Origin: a virus
Taxonomy: Duplodnaviria > Caudoviricetes
Length of the DNA stretch: 64,000 nt
Virus record (IMG/VR): IMGVR_UViG_3300021399_000125
Location: 34,175-98,174 of that record
Strand: one strand, 5' to 3'
Below the pieces are notes generated by a model, which was not told where the DNA came from, did not search any database, and saw only the letters and a program-made list of their open reading frames with translations. The position numbers and the translations under genes were made by a program. Positions 24,614-34,313 of this stretch are shown piece after piece. The number at the start of each line of letters is the position of its first letter. Positions within the stretch are counted from its first letter, which is position 1.

Positions 24614-27600
24614 TTATATCCCGTACCACCTTCACTCCGATTACAGTCTTCTTGATAGCTGCACCAAGTTCCAGGACTATATCGATCTCGCAGTCCAAAA
24701 CGGGCAAAAGGCCATCTCCTTTTCAGAGCACGGCAAGCCCTTAAACTGGGTGGAAAAGTGGGCCGCCTGCAAAAAGGCCGGCATCCGCTTCATCCACTCT
24801 GTGGAAATTTATCTCACCGAGTCTCTGGAACCAAAGGTGCGTGACAACTACCACACCGTGCTCATGGCGCGGAACCCCGCCGGGGTTCTGGAGCTCAACG
24901 CCCTGGTTAGCAAGTCCTGTGATCCGGAACATTTTTACTACACCAACCGCATCTCCTTTGATGAGTTTCTTGCCATTTCCGACAACCTCATCTCCACCAG
25001 CGCCTGTCTGGCCTCTCCACTGAACAAGCTCCCGGCAAACCACCCACGGTATCTGGAGCTTGCGCGGAAGTACGATTTTCTGGAAATCCAGCCCCATAAC
25101 CACCCGGATCAGATTGCGTTCAACAAGCGGCTGTTCGCCCTGTCCAAACAGCTGGGCAAGCCGCTGATCGCCGGCACAGACACCCACAGCTCTTCTCCTT
25201 ATAAGGCGGAGTGCCGCGCAGTGCTGCTGTCCTCCAAGCACAAATCCTACGGTGACGAGGACGCCTTCGATCTCACCTATAAGACCTATGACGAGTTGGT
25301 TTCCGCCTTCCGTACCCAATCTGCCCTCCCTGAGGAGGTATATCTCCAGGCCATTGCAAACACAAACCTTCTGTATGACATGACAGAAGATCTGAATCTG
25401 GATCTCTCCGTCAAGTATCCGATCCTCTACGGTTCTGCAGAGGAGGACGACCGCCGCTTCACCGCCCTGGTGCACAAGAAGTACCGGGAAAAGCTGGAGC
25501 GGGGCGTCATCCCGCCGTCGCAAAAGCCTGCCTTTGACGCCGCCATCCAAGAGGAGCTGCGGGTTCTGCGCAAGCTGGGCATGACCGGGTTCTTGCTCAG
25601 CATGTCCGAAATCATCTCCTGGTGCCGTGACAGCGGCATGGCCGTTGGCACTGCCAGAGGCTCCGTCGGCGGCTGCCGTGTGGCCTATATCACGGATATC
25701 ATTGATCTGAACCCGGAAACCTGGGGCACTCTGTTCTCCCGCTTTGCCAACGAGAACCGTGTCGAGCCCGGCGACATTGATACCGACGTGGTAGATACCG
25801 ACCGGCCCGCAATTTTCCGGCACATCATCCAAAAGTTCGGCGCCGATAAGACCGCCCGGGTGGCCTCCTTCGGCACCATGCAGGCCAAGGGCGCCATCGA
25901 CGATATTGGACGGCACCTCTCCATTCAGTATGAAAAGGAGCATCCCGGCGCGGAAAACCCCTGGAGCCTGAAGAATATCGCCGCCATCAAGGACGAGTTT
26001 GAGGTCGACGAGGCCAAGGCCAGGAAGAAATATCCCCAGCTGTTCTACTATCTGGACGGGATGCTGGACACCAAGATTTCTCAGTCTGTCCATCCCGCCG
26101 GCATCGTGATCTCGCCGGTTACCCTGGCAGACCGCTACGGGGTTTTTGACAAGGACGGGGAGGCCTGTCTCTTTCTGGACATGGACAACGCCCACCTGGC
26201 CGGTCTCATCAAGTACGACATGCTGATTCTGAAATCCGTCAAGGTGATCCGGGACGCCTGCAATTACATCGGTATCCCGTATCCAAAAACCTACCAGGTG
26301 GATTTCAATGACCCCGCCGTGTGGGACAGCATGTGCAAAGACCAGTCCATGATCTTCCAGATGGAGTCCTCCTACGCCGCCCAGTGCTTCAAGCAGTTCA
26401 AGCCACGGAACATTTTCGATATGTCCCTGGTCACCGCCGCCATACGCCCCTCCGGCAGCTCCTACCGCGACGATCTTCTGAAGCGCAAGGTACACAAAAA
26501 TCCAACAGACGAGCTGGACCGTCTTCTGCAAAACAACCACGGGTATCTGGTCTACCAGGAAGACGTTTCGAAATACCTGATGGAAATCTGCGGCCTGTCC
26601 GGCAGCGACGCCGACACGGTCCGCCGCGGCATTGCAAAGAAGAAGCTGGATGTGCTGGAGCAGATGATGCCAAAAATCATTGCCGGCTACTGCGCCCGCT
26701 CCCCCAAGCCCCGTGAGGTGGCCGAGCAGGAGGTCCGGCAGTATCTCAAGGTCATCGAGGACGCGTCGTCCTACATGTTCAATTATTCGCACAGCGTGGC
26801 CTACTGTCTTCTTGGGTATTACTACGGATATTTCCGCCATTATTACCCCCACGAGTTTATCACTGCCTATCTCAACAACGCGGCCAACGATGACGACATC
26901 CGCGTCGGCACCGCCTATGCAAACAGGGTCGGTATCCACGTCACCATGCCGAAATGGGGCATCTCCAGGGGCAATTACTTCTTTGATAAGGAGCGCAATC
27001 AGATCGCCAAGGGTATTTCCTCCATTAAATATATGAGTCCCGGCGTTGCGGAGGAATTATACCACCTCTCCACGCAAAAACACTACGCCAGGTTCATGGA
27101 GCTGCTCATTGACCTGGATCAGAAGACCTCTTTGAACACCAGGCAGCTGGATATCCTGGTCAAGCTGGACTTTTTCTCCGATTTCGGCAACCAGAGGGAG
27201 CTTTTGCGCCTTGTGGAGCTGTTTTACGAGGTGTTTCACAAGGGACAGGCCAAAAAACTCAGCAAAGAGAAGGTAGACGGCACCATTTTAGAGGCTCCGG
27301 TCAAAAAATATGCCGTCGGCACCACAAAATCCGGGGGAATCGCCAAGAGCTACACACTTTTGGATGTCCAATCCATCCTTTTTGAGGTGGAAGACCTGGT
27401 AAAAGGCCTGAAAATGGCCGATTTAAGCGATCTCAGCAAGGTTCGCAGCTTTGCAGAGGCCATGGGCTACGCCGGTTACGTCTCCGGCGAAGAAAAAGAC
27501 CGCCGAAAGCTCTATATTATGGACATTTTCCCTGTCAAACGCAAAAAAGACGGCAAACAATTCGGCTACACCGTCCACACCAAGTCCATCGGCAGCGGCA

Positions 27601-27737
27601 AAGAGGCAAAATTCACGCTTTTCAACAAGCTTTACAACTTTTTGCCCATTGCAAAGGGCGATATCATCCTCTGCAAGGGCTTCACCCGGCAGGGGGAGTA
27701 CTTCAACCTCACCGCATACGACAAAATTGTAGAATAA
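24606..27737 (+). CDS. dnaE: DNA polymerase III alpha subunit (family C)
   Basis: PHP HLHSDYSLLD, RGSVGG, LFSRF, PGDIDTD, HPAGIVIS, KYDMLIL, YQE, FNYSHS. Confidence 0.96.
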   Translation: MPNYIPYHLHSDYSLLDSCTKFQDYIDLAVQNGQKAISFSEHGKPLNWVEKWAACKKAGIRFIHSVEIYLTESLEPKVRDNYHTVLMARNPAGVLELNALVSKSCDPEHFYYTNRISFDEFLAISDNLISTSACLASPLNKLPANHPRYLELARKYDFLEIQPHNHPDQIAFNKRLFALSKQLGKPLIAGTDTHSSSPYKAECRAVLLSSKHKSYGDEDAFDLTYKTYDELVSAFRTQSALPEEVYLQAIANTNLLYDMTEDLNLDLSVKYPILYGSAEEDDRRFTALVHKKYREKLERGVIPPSQKPAFDAAIQEELRVLRKLGMTGFLLSMSEIISWCRDSGMAVGTARGSVGGCRVAYITDIIDLNPETWGTLFSRFANENRVEPGDIDTDVVDTDRPAIFRHIIQKFGADKTARVASFGTMQAKGAIDDIGRHLSIQYEKEHPGAENPWSLKNIAAIKDEFEVDEAKARKKYPQLFYYLDGMLDTKISQSVHPAGIVISPVTLADRYGVFDKDGEACLFLDMDNAHLAGLIKYDMLILKSVKVIRDACNYIGIPYPKTYQVDFNDPAVWDSMCKDQSMIFQMESSYAAQCFKQFKPRNIFDMSLVTAAIRPSGSSYRDDLLKRKVHKNPTDELDRLLQNNHGYLVYQEDVSKYLMEICGLSGSDADTVRRGIAKKKLDVLEQMMPKIIAGYCARSPKPREVAEQEVRQYLKVIEDASSYMFNYSHSVAYCLLGYYYGYFRHYYPHEFITAYLNNAANDDDIRVGTAYANRVGIHVTMPKWGISRGNYFFDKERNQIAKGISSIKYMSPGVAEELYHLSTQKHYARFMELLIDLDQKTSLNTRQLDILVKLDFFSDFGNQRELLRLVELFYEVFHKGQAKKLSKEKVDGTILEAPVKKYAVGTTKSGGIAKSYTLLDVQSILFEVEDLVKGLKMADLSDLSKVRSFAEAMGYAGYVSGEEKDRRKLYIMDIFPVKRKKDGKQFGYTVHTKSIGSGKEAKFTLFNKLYNFLPIAKGDIILCKGFTRQGEYFNLTAYDKIVE

Positions 27738-27760
27738 AACTTCTGACAGGAGGCTTTCCA

Positions 27761-27988
27761 GTGTCAAAGGTCATTATTTACGCCATACATAGGCGGCCGG
27801 CAGCGGCAGTTTGCAACCTCTGCGGCCGGCCGCTCTCCGGGCAGGATCTTGCCCAACACATTTCCATCGACAAGCGGCTCGGTTACGGCTCCGTACACGA
27901 TTTGGAGCACGTCCGCATCAAGCTCTGCTGTCAGTGCCTGGATACCATCATCGACGCCTGTGCCGTCGATCCCATTGTAGAGCCATGA
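27761..27988 (+). CDS. Small Zn-binding hypothetical protein
   Basis: CNLCG...GYGS.HD...LCCQC. Confidence 0.7.
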   Translation: MSKVIIYAIHRRPAAAVCNLCGRPLSGQDLAQHISIDKRLGYGSVHDLEHVRIKLCCQCLDTIIDACAVDPIVEP

Positions 27989-28185
27989 GTCATGACAGAT
28001 TCCTATACTGTCGCCCGCAGCCTGTGGGTTCCCTGGTTTTCCGCCGGGGACCCAGGCCTGCCGGCCGATATCACAGGCGCCTATACCGTTCAAAATCCAC
28101 CGTGTCAATCCCACGGCAGTGAATACGTTCTCACGTACGCGCTGCCGGCGGTTTTCCCGAAAACATAGAAACAAAGGAGGTCGTT

Positions 28186-28839
28186 GTGTATTTGAAAAAC
28201 TACTATGAGGTTCCATTCCAAAACGATGTGCTGCAAAATATCAAGGTTTACGGGCTTGCAGACGCGGTTCGTCGGGCAAAGTACCCGATGTCCGCAGACG
28301 TGCAGGCACTGAACTCCGATCTCACCCCCGGGATCCAAAAGCTTGCCTGTGCCGAGCCCGGCGGCGGCCACGATCACTGGCTCTGCGGCGTCAACGTCCA
28401 GTTTGATCTCACCTTCACCGTCAAGGCCTGGACCGAGGCGGAGCGGTACAACTGGTTTGACATCGTCAGCTCCCAGTCCACCATGCACCGCATCACCCGG
28501 TTTGATCTGGATAAGGCCTACATCGGGTATGTAGATCCCCGCATCGTCGCCGTCATGAAGGAGAAGGTCGATGCCTATAACCGGCTGGTGGAAGACTTCA
28601 ACAGCGGCCTTCTGCCAGATCCGGCGGAGGCAAAGCGCCGGCAGAACGATCTGTATCTGCAAATCCTGTACAGCAATCCCACCGGCTTCCGTCTCACCGC
28701 CGGCATGACCACCAATTATCTGCAGCTCAAAACCATTTACCGCCAGCGGGCGGGCCACCGCCTTCCGGAGTGGGCTGCGCTCCGTGATGGAATTCGCGCT
28801 CTGCCCCACAGCGAGCTGATCACCGCGGAGGCGCTATGA
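28186..28839 (+). CDS. ThyX-like (flavin-dependent thymidylate synthase fold) protein
   Basis: GH..WL..VNVQFDL...WTEAERY....SSQSTMHR...TNY.QLKTIY.QR..HRLPEW; lies in the nucleotide module. Confidence 0.65.
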   Translation: MYLKNYYEVPFQNDVLQNIKVYGLADAVRRAKYPMSADVQALNSDLTPGIQKLACAEPGGGHDHWLCGVNVQFDLTFTVKAWTEAERYNWFDIVSSQSTMHRITRFDLDKAYIGYVDPRIVAVMKEKVDAYNRLVEDFNSGLLPDPAEAKRRQNDLYLQILYSNPTGFRLTAGMTTNYLQLKTIYRQRAGHRLPEWAALRDGIRALPHSELITAEAL

Positions 28840-29369
28840 GAGTATTTCTGATCTCCGGGAAATCCGGCAGTGGTAAGGATACCCTCGCCTCCATGATGGA
28901 GCGGTCTCTGACCGAGGCAGGGGAGCGGGTTCTGATTATTCATTACGCAGACCTCTTAAAGTATGTGTGCCGGCAGTTCTTCGGCTGGGACGGCAATAAG
29001 GACCAGGCCGGCCGGAGTCTTCTCCAGTATGTGGGCACAGATGTGGTCCGCCGCCGGGACGAAAACTACTGGGTCAACTGGGTCTGCGGTTTTATAAAGC
29101 TCTTTGAGGTGGAGTGGGACTATGTTCTGATCCCGGATGCCAGATTCCCAAATGAGGTTTCCATCCCACAAAAGCTGTTCCATGCCACCCATATCCGGGT
29201 TTTTCGCCCCGGCTACAAAAACAAGCTCCTCGCGGAGCAAAAAGAGCACCCGTCCGAGTGTGCGCTGGACAACTGGGATCCTGATATCCCCGTCTGGAAC
29301 TATACACTGGAGGAGCTGCAAATAGTAGCGAACGCCATCGTAGAGCTGGCGCTATCCAATCAAATTTAG
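28836..29369 (+). CDS. dNMP kinase-like P-loop protein
   Basis: ISGKSGSGKDT, YADLLK, RSLLQ.VGT, DARFPNE, HPSE. Confidence 0.88.
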   Translation: MRVFLISGKSGSGKDTLASMMERSLTEAGERVLIIHYADLLKYVCRQFFGWDGNKDQAGRSLLQYVGTDVVRRRDENYWVNWVCGFIKLFEVEWDYVLIPDARFPNEVSIPQKLFHATHIRVFRPGYKNKLLAEQKEHPSECALDNWDPDIPVWNYTLEELQIVANAIVELALSNQI

Positions 29370-29378
29370 GAGGCCGAA

Positions 29379-29597
29379 ATGGTTACACTTTATTCCACCG
29401 GCTGCCCCAGGTGCAGAGTACTGAAGCAGAAGCTTGACGCAAAGCAGATTGCGTATGAGGTGGTAGACTCCATTGACAAAATGGAGTCCCTTGGCATTGA
29501 GTCCGTCCCCGTCCTCTCCGTAGACGGCGAGCTTCTGCAATTCATCCCCGCCGTCGAGTGGGTAAACGCCGCCCCGGAGGTGTCCCATGCAAATTGA
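29379..29597 (+). CDS. Glutaredoxin-like (NrdH-like) protein
   Basis: LYSTGCPRC, SVPVL. Confidence 0.85.
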   Translation: MVTLYSTGCPRCRVLKQKLDAKQIAYEVVDSIDKMESLGIESVPVLSVDGELLQFIPAVEWVNAAPEVSHAN

Positions 29598-31533
29598 ACT
29601 GAATCTTGATCGGGACTTTGAGCGGTTTTTGAGCGCCCTTGGGGAGAAGTACGGCACCGATTTTGAAAAGCTCAACGGCGTCCATAAGTCTCAGCTGGAC
29701 TACTCCGACTTTATGGACAGCTTCATCGACAGCGAAACCGTTGCGGATGCCTCCGTAGACGGCAGCTCCAACGTACACAAAAAGGACATCGTGACTCTCC
29801 GCTCCGAGATGTCCAAACCCCACGAAAAGCTGATGGCCTACAGCAAGATCTTCTATGAGATGAAGAAAAAGTACGGCCTGCGCACCGCCAAAAAGTGGTT
29901 TGAAGAGGAGTGGAACAAGTCCCTGTACCTCCACGACGCCAACAGCGCCACCTTCGTGCCCTACTGCTTCGCCTACGATCTGGAGAAGATCGTCTCCGAG
30001 GGGCTGTATTATCTGGAGGATCATCAGCGGCCGGAACCTGCTAAACATCTTGAGACCTTTGTGGACTTCGTCAAGGAGTTCATCAACTTCACCAGCAACC
30101 GGACATCCGGCGCCTGCGGTCTGCCGAATCTGATTCCCTATCTCTGGTGGTACTGGCGGGTGGATGTAGACTCCGGCCACTATCCCAGAAGCCAAACTCC
30201 GGAGCAGTTCGCCAAAAGCGAGGTCCAGCGCATCATCTACGGCATGAATCAGCCATATACCCGCGACGGCATCCAGTCCGCCTTCGTCAACACCTCCATT
30301 TTTGACGCCGAGTATTTTGACGCCCTCTTCGGCGGCATGGTTTTCCCGGACGGCAAGCTTGCCGTAGATTTCAAGGGCGAGATCATGCAGTTTGAAAAGT
30401 GGTTCCTGGAGGAGATGTCCGGTATCAAGGACCGTGGCAGAATGTTCACCTTCCCGGTCAATACAATCTCTCTTCTGAAAAAGGATGGGAAGTTTGTGGA
30501 CGAGTCCTTTGCCCGGTATGCATCCAACCATAACCGCAAGTGGAACGACAGCAATTTCTTCTGTGACAGCAGCGTCACCTCTCTGTCCAACTGCTGCCGG
30601 CTGAAGAGCTCTATCAAGGATCTTGGGTATTTCAACAGCATCGGCGGCACCGCCTTAAAGGTCGGCTCCGTCAAGGTCTCCACCATCAACCTTGCCAGAA
30701 TCGCCTATGAGTCCTGCAAAAACGAGCGGCGCTTCAAGCGGATTCTGAAGGACCGGCTGATTCTGGATATGAAGCTGCTGGACGTGGTGCGCAGCATCAT
30801 CCGCCGCAACGTTGAAAAGGGTTTGCTGCCCAATTTCAACCCCGGCATGCTGGATTTTGAGCACCTGTATAACACCGTCGGTCTCAACGGCGTGTACGAG
30901 GTGATGAAATACTTCGGCTACACCGTCACCGACGAGCTTGGCAAGGTCAACTACACCGATGACGCCTACCGCTTCGGCGCCGCCATCTTTGATATCTGCC
31001 ACAGCACCATTGCAGAGTTTACCGCCGACAAGGACTATATGGTGAATATCGAGCAGGTGCCCGGCGAGACCGCCGCCATCAAATTTCAGCAGGCGGACGT
31101 GCTGTTGTTCAACGAGCAGGCGGTGACAGATCTTCCGTTGTATGGGAACCAATGGTTAGCCCTGGGCATCCCTGCGTCCTTAAAGGACCGGATTGATATC
31201 TGCGCAGCCTTTGACCACTACTGCGACGGCGGCTCCATCTGCCATATCAACGTGGACGCCCCCTTTGCAACAGAGGAGCAGGCCTGGGATATGCTAAACT
31301 ATATCACAGACCGGGGCGTTACGTACTTTGCCTTCAACGGCAAGATGAGCGCCTGCGACAACGGCCATCTCTTCTACGGGGATGTATGTCCCGAGTGCGG
31401 GGAGAAGAGCACCTCAGAATACACCAGAACCGTGGGGTTCTACACCAAAACAAAATCATGGTCCAAGGAGCGGAAGGAAGAGTATAAGCTCCGCGAGTGG
31501 ATGCAGCTGAACGAGAAAGGAACAGAAGCATAA
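29587..31533 (+). CDS. nrdD: Anaerobic (class III) ribonucleotide reductase, no ATP cone
   Basis: YLHD, YCFAY, FTFPV, SNCCRL, TINLAR, EQVPGE, GGSICH, CxxxH...CPEC, RTVGF glycyl-radical loop. Confidence 0.93.
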   Translation: MQIELNLDRDFERFLSALGEKYGTDFEKLNGVHKSQLDYSDFMDSFIDSETVADASVDGSSNVHKKDIVTLRSEMSKPHEKLMAYSKIFYEMKKKYGLRTAKKWFEEEWNKSLYLHDANSATFVPYCFAYDLEKIVSEGLYYLEDHQRPEPAKHLETFVDFVKEFINFTSNRTSGACGLPNLIPYLWWYWRVDVDSGHYPRSQTPEQFAKSEVQRIIYGMNQPYTRDGIQSAFVNTSIFDAEYFDALFGGMVFPDGKLAVDFKGEIMQFEKWFLEEMSGIKDRGRMFTFPVNTISLLKKDGKFVDESFARYASNHNRKWNDSNFFCDSSVTSLSNCCRLKSSIKDLGYFNSIGGTALKVGSVKVSTINLARIAYESCKNERRFKRILKDRLILDMKLLDVVRSIIRRNVEKGLLPNFNPGMLDFEHLYNTVGLNGVYEVMKYFGYTVTDELGKVNYTDDAYRFGAAIFDICHSTIAEFTADKDYMVNIEQVPGETAAIKFQQADVLLFNEQAVTDLPLYGNQWLALGIPASLKDRIDICAAFDHYCDGGSICHINVDAPFATEEQAWDMLNYITDRGVTYFAFNGKMSACDNGHLFYGDVCPECGEKSTSEYTRTVGFYTKTKSWSKERKEEYKLREWMQLNEKGTEA

Positions 31534-31811
31534 TGAAAGATGAAAAGAAAGACCTTGATTCCGGCGATATTGTGATGCCGGAAGAAAAGTATATGGTCAT
31601 CACCGCGCCGTCCTCCTCTGTGGAGCTCACCATCTATGCCAAGATCTGGCTTGACGGTAAAATCGTGGACGTCACCAGAACCATGTCCTTTGGAGAGGTC
31701 CGCAAGGCCTTTGCAGAGGCGGAGACCGGCTATATTCCTGAGGACGCAGTGTTCACCCTCACCGAGAAGGGGGAGCGGATGCTGCATCCCACGGAGGGCT
31801 TCTTATGCTGA
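31533..31811 (+). CDS. Hypothetical protein
   Basis: TAATG overlap. Confidence 0.65.
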   Translation: MKDEKKDLDSGDIVMPEEKYMVITAPSSSVELTIYAKIWLDGKIVDVTRTMSFGEVRKAFAEAETGYIPEDAVFTLTEKGERMLHPTEGFLC

Positions 31812-32284
31812 TCAAGGGCGTCGTCACCGAGGATTTTGTCAACTATAAAAAGCCCTCCATGTTCATCAGCACCGCCACCTGCACCTTCAAATGTGACAGG
31901 GAGTGCGGCCGGCCCGTGTGCCAGAACGGCGATCTTGCCAACGCGGAGTCCATGGACGTGTCCGTGGAGTGGCTCTCCCGCTCTTATATGAGCAACCCCA
32001 TCACCAAGGCCATTGTCCTTGGCGGTCTGGAGCCCATGGACCAATTTGACGACATCGTCCAGCTGGTGCACGCCATCCGCGTCACCAATCAGTGCCGGGA
32101 TGATATTGTAATTTATACCGGCTATAACAAGGACGAGATCAGGGAAAAGCTCTGGCTGCTCTCCACCTTCCCCAATATCATTGTCAAGTACGGCCGCTAC
32201 TGTCCCGGCGAGCTTGACCATTATGACGAGGTGCTGGGCGTCCGCCTGGCCAGTCCAAACCAGTACGCAGAGAGGATCAGCTGA
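31805..32284 (+). CDS. nrdG: Anaerobic RNR activating enzyme (radical SAM)
   Basis: CTFKC....CQN, LGGLEP, IYTGY, LASPNQ. Confidence 0.9.
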   Translation: MLIKGVVTEDFVNYKKPSMFISTATCTFKCDRECGRPVCQNGDLANAESMDVSVEWLSRSYMSNPITKAIVLGGLEPMDQFDDIVQLVHAIRVTNQCRDDIVIYTGYNKDEIREKLWLLSTFPNIIVKYGRYCPGELDHYDEVLGVRLASPNQYAERIS

Positions 32285-33522
32285 TGGCACAGAGTCCGGT
32301 GTTTACAATGATCCGCGACGAGCGGATGCGGCAAAGCGGGGTAATCAACCTCACCGCCAGCGAGAGCTACGCCGGCGAGGAGATCATGTCCGCCGTCGGC
32401 AGCGTCTTTACCAATAAGTATGCAGAGGGCTACCCCGGCCGGCGATACTACGCCGGCTGCGAGGTGGCCGACCGGCTGGAGACCTACTGCTGTGAAAAAT
32501 GGCAGCAGGTGTTCCAAACGGACTACCACGTCAACGTGCAGCCACATTCCGGCACCAACGCCAACCTTGCGGCGTATCTCGCCGTGCTGGATCCATCTGC
32601 CTCTCACCGAAAGCGGATCCTGTCTCTCGGTCTGAACGACGGCGGCCATCTGAGCCACGGCCACCCGGCAAACCTCAGCGGTAAGCTCTACAACATCTGC
32701 CACTATGGGCTGGATGAAAACGGTCTACTGGATTACAGTGCCCTTGAGGACGAAATTTTCAAAACCATGCCAGATCTGATTCTGGTCGGCGCCAGCGCCT
32801 ACTCCAGAACCATTGATTTTGAGCGGATTGATCGGATCATCCGTGGCTGCAGTACCTATTTGCAGGCGGACGGGCATACAGACTACAAGCCGGTCTATAT
32901 GGCGGACATCGCCCATATCGCCGGTCTTGTGGCGGCGGGGCTACATCATTCGCCCTTCGGCTATGCGGATATTGTTACCATGACCACCCATAAAACCCTC
33001 TGCGGCCCCAGGGGCGGGTTGATCTTCTGCCGGCCGGAGCTTGCCTCCAAAATCGACAGCGCGGTTTTCCCTGGTATGCAGGGCGGTCCCATGCTGCATG
33101 TCATCGCCGGCAAGGCGCTGTGCGCCGAGCGGGTGCTTACAGAGGGCTATCGTGAGGTCATGACCAATGTGGTCCAAAACAGCAAGGCCATGGCGGAGGA
33201 ATTCAGGCGTCTTGGCTACCGTATTGTGTCCGGCGGCACGGACAACCATCTCTTCCTCCTGGATCTGACCGACACCGGTCTGACCGGCAGGGAGGTAGAG
33301 CGTCGTCTTTATCATGCGGGCATCGCGGTAAATAAAAACTGCATTCCCGGTGAGACCCGTCCTCCTGCCCAGGCCTCCGGTATCCGCATCGGCACCATGC
33401 CAATGACAGAGCTTGGATACACCCGGGCAGACTTCGTCGCCCTTGCAAGGACGATAGACAAGCTTATTCAAACTCTGAAGCAGGAAAAGGAGGACTCCCA
33501 TGGAACAAGCGGGACACTTTGA
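32284..33522 (+). CDS. glyA: Serine hydroxymethyltransferase
   Basis: NKYAEGYPGRRYYAGCE, NVQPHSG, GGHLSHG, TTHKTL.GPRGG, FPG.QGGP, GTDNH, SGIRIGT. Confidence 0.96.
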   Translation: MAQSPVFTMIRDERMRQSGVINLTASESYAGEEIMSAVGSVFTNKYAEGYPGRRYYAGCEVADRLETYCCEKWQQVFQTDYHVNVQPHSGTNANLAAYLAVLDPSASHRKRILSLGLNDGGHLSHGHPANLSGKLYNICHYGLDENGLLDYSALEDEIFKTMPDLILVGASAYSRTIDFERIDRIIRGCSTYLQADGHTDYKPVYMADIAHIAGLVAAGLHHSPFGYADIVTMTTHKTLCGPRGGLIFCRPELASKIDSAVFPGMQGGPMLHVIAGKALCAERVLTEGYREVMTNVVQNSKAMAEEFRRLGYRIVSGGTDNHLFLLDLTDTGLTGREVERRLYHAGIAVNKNCIPGETRPPAQASGIRIGTMPMTELGYTRADFVALARTIDKLIQTLKQEKEDSHGTSGTL

Positions 33523-34006
33523 GAAGGTCAGCTTTACGCAATATTGCGCCGATATGAAATCCCACTTTGATGATTCAATTTCGGCCTTAAAAGGCCTCTA
33601 CGAGGCCATCCGCCTGCCTGTGCGAGCCACAGCCGGCTCCGCCGGGTACGACTTCGTCGCGCCGTTTTCGTTCATCCTGCGGCCAGGAGAGGCCGTCACA
33701 ATCCCCACAGGCATCCGTGTCCAGATGGAGCCCGGCTGGTTCCTGGGCTGCTTCCCAAGGAGCGGCCTTGGCAGCAGGTATCAGATGCGCCTTGCCAATA
33801 CCACCGGCATTGTGGATTCAGATTACTACTATGCCGACAACGAAGGCCATATTTTTGCAAGGGTTGTCAACGGCTCTCCAGATCTGACGCTGCGGTTGCA
33901 GGCCGGCGACAAATTCATGCAGGGGGTGTTCATCCCCTTCGGCGTCACGGTCGATGACGACGCCACTGCCGCCCGCCGTGGCGGCATGGGCTCCACAGGA
34001 GCCTGA
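33500..34006 (+). CDS. dut: Trimeric dUTPase
   Basis: ATAGSAGYD, IPTGI, PRSG, GIVDSDY, RRGGMGSTG. Confidence 0.95.
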   Translation: MEQAGHFEKVSFTQYCADMKSHFDDSISALKGLYEAIRLPVRATAGSAGYDFVAPFSFILRPGEAVTIPTGIRVQMEPGWFLGCFPRSGLGSRYQMRLANTTGIVDSDYYYADNEGHIFARVVNGSPDLTLRLQAGDKFMQGVFIPFGVTVDDDATAARRGGMGSTGA

Positions 34007-34011
34007 CCGTT

Positions 34012-34049
34012 AAAAAAATACGGCGGCCACATTTCGTGGCCGCCGTATT
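34012..34049 (-). terminator. Hairpin with U-tract on the - strand, just upstream of xis
   Basis: AATACGGCGGCCAC-ATTTC-GTGGCCGCCGTATT, 14 bp perfect, preceded by an A-run. Confidence 0.6.
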
Positions 34050-34064
34050 GGACAGGAGGGTCGT

Positions 34065-34313
34065 ATGCTTACAGGCAAAAACGACACCATGATAGAGCTT
34101 CGTGATTTCCCGGAGATGATGACCGTTCCGGATATCCAGCGTGCGCTGGGCATCGGCAGGACAAAGGTCTACCACATGATACATACCGGGCGTCTGCCGG
34201 TTCTGCACATCGGCAGGCTGATCCGGATCCCCAAGCCGTGGCTGCTCACATCCATCGCCTCGGCAGGGGAGCGGTACGTGGACTGCCCTGAAGCATCCGG
34301 AAGGGAGGCATAG
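34065..34313 (+). CDS. xis: Excisionase / HTH_17 recombination directionality factor
   Basis: MTVPDIQRALGIGRTKVYHMI..G.LP...IGR.IRIPK; abuts the integrase. Confidence 0.85.
   Translation: MLTGKNDTMIELRDFPEMMTVPDIQRALGIGRTKVYHMIHTGRLPVLHIGRLIRIPKPWLLTSIASAGERYVDCPEASGREA

Noticed and set aside
24741-26939. 732-aa antisense ORF, and other long antisense ORFs over helicase, nrdD and capsid
   Set aside because: Shadow frames caused by GC3-biased codons of the real genes
27985-28180. Folate/ZTP riboswitch upstream of the thyX-like gene
   Set aside because: One strong hairpin but no THF or ZTP consensus; a 58-aa ORF (27992-28168) may fill the gap
24606-31533. Inteins or introns in dnaE or nrdD
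   Set aside because: Both ORFs are continuous, of normal size, and lack splice motifs
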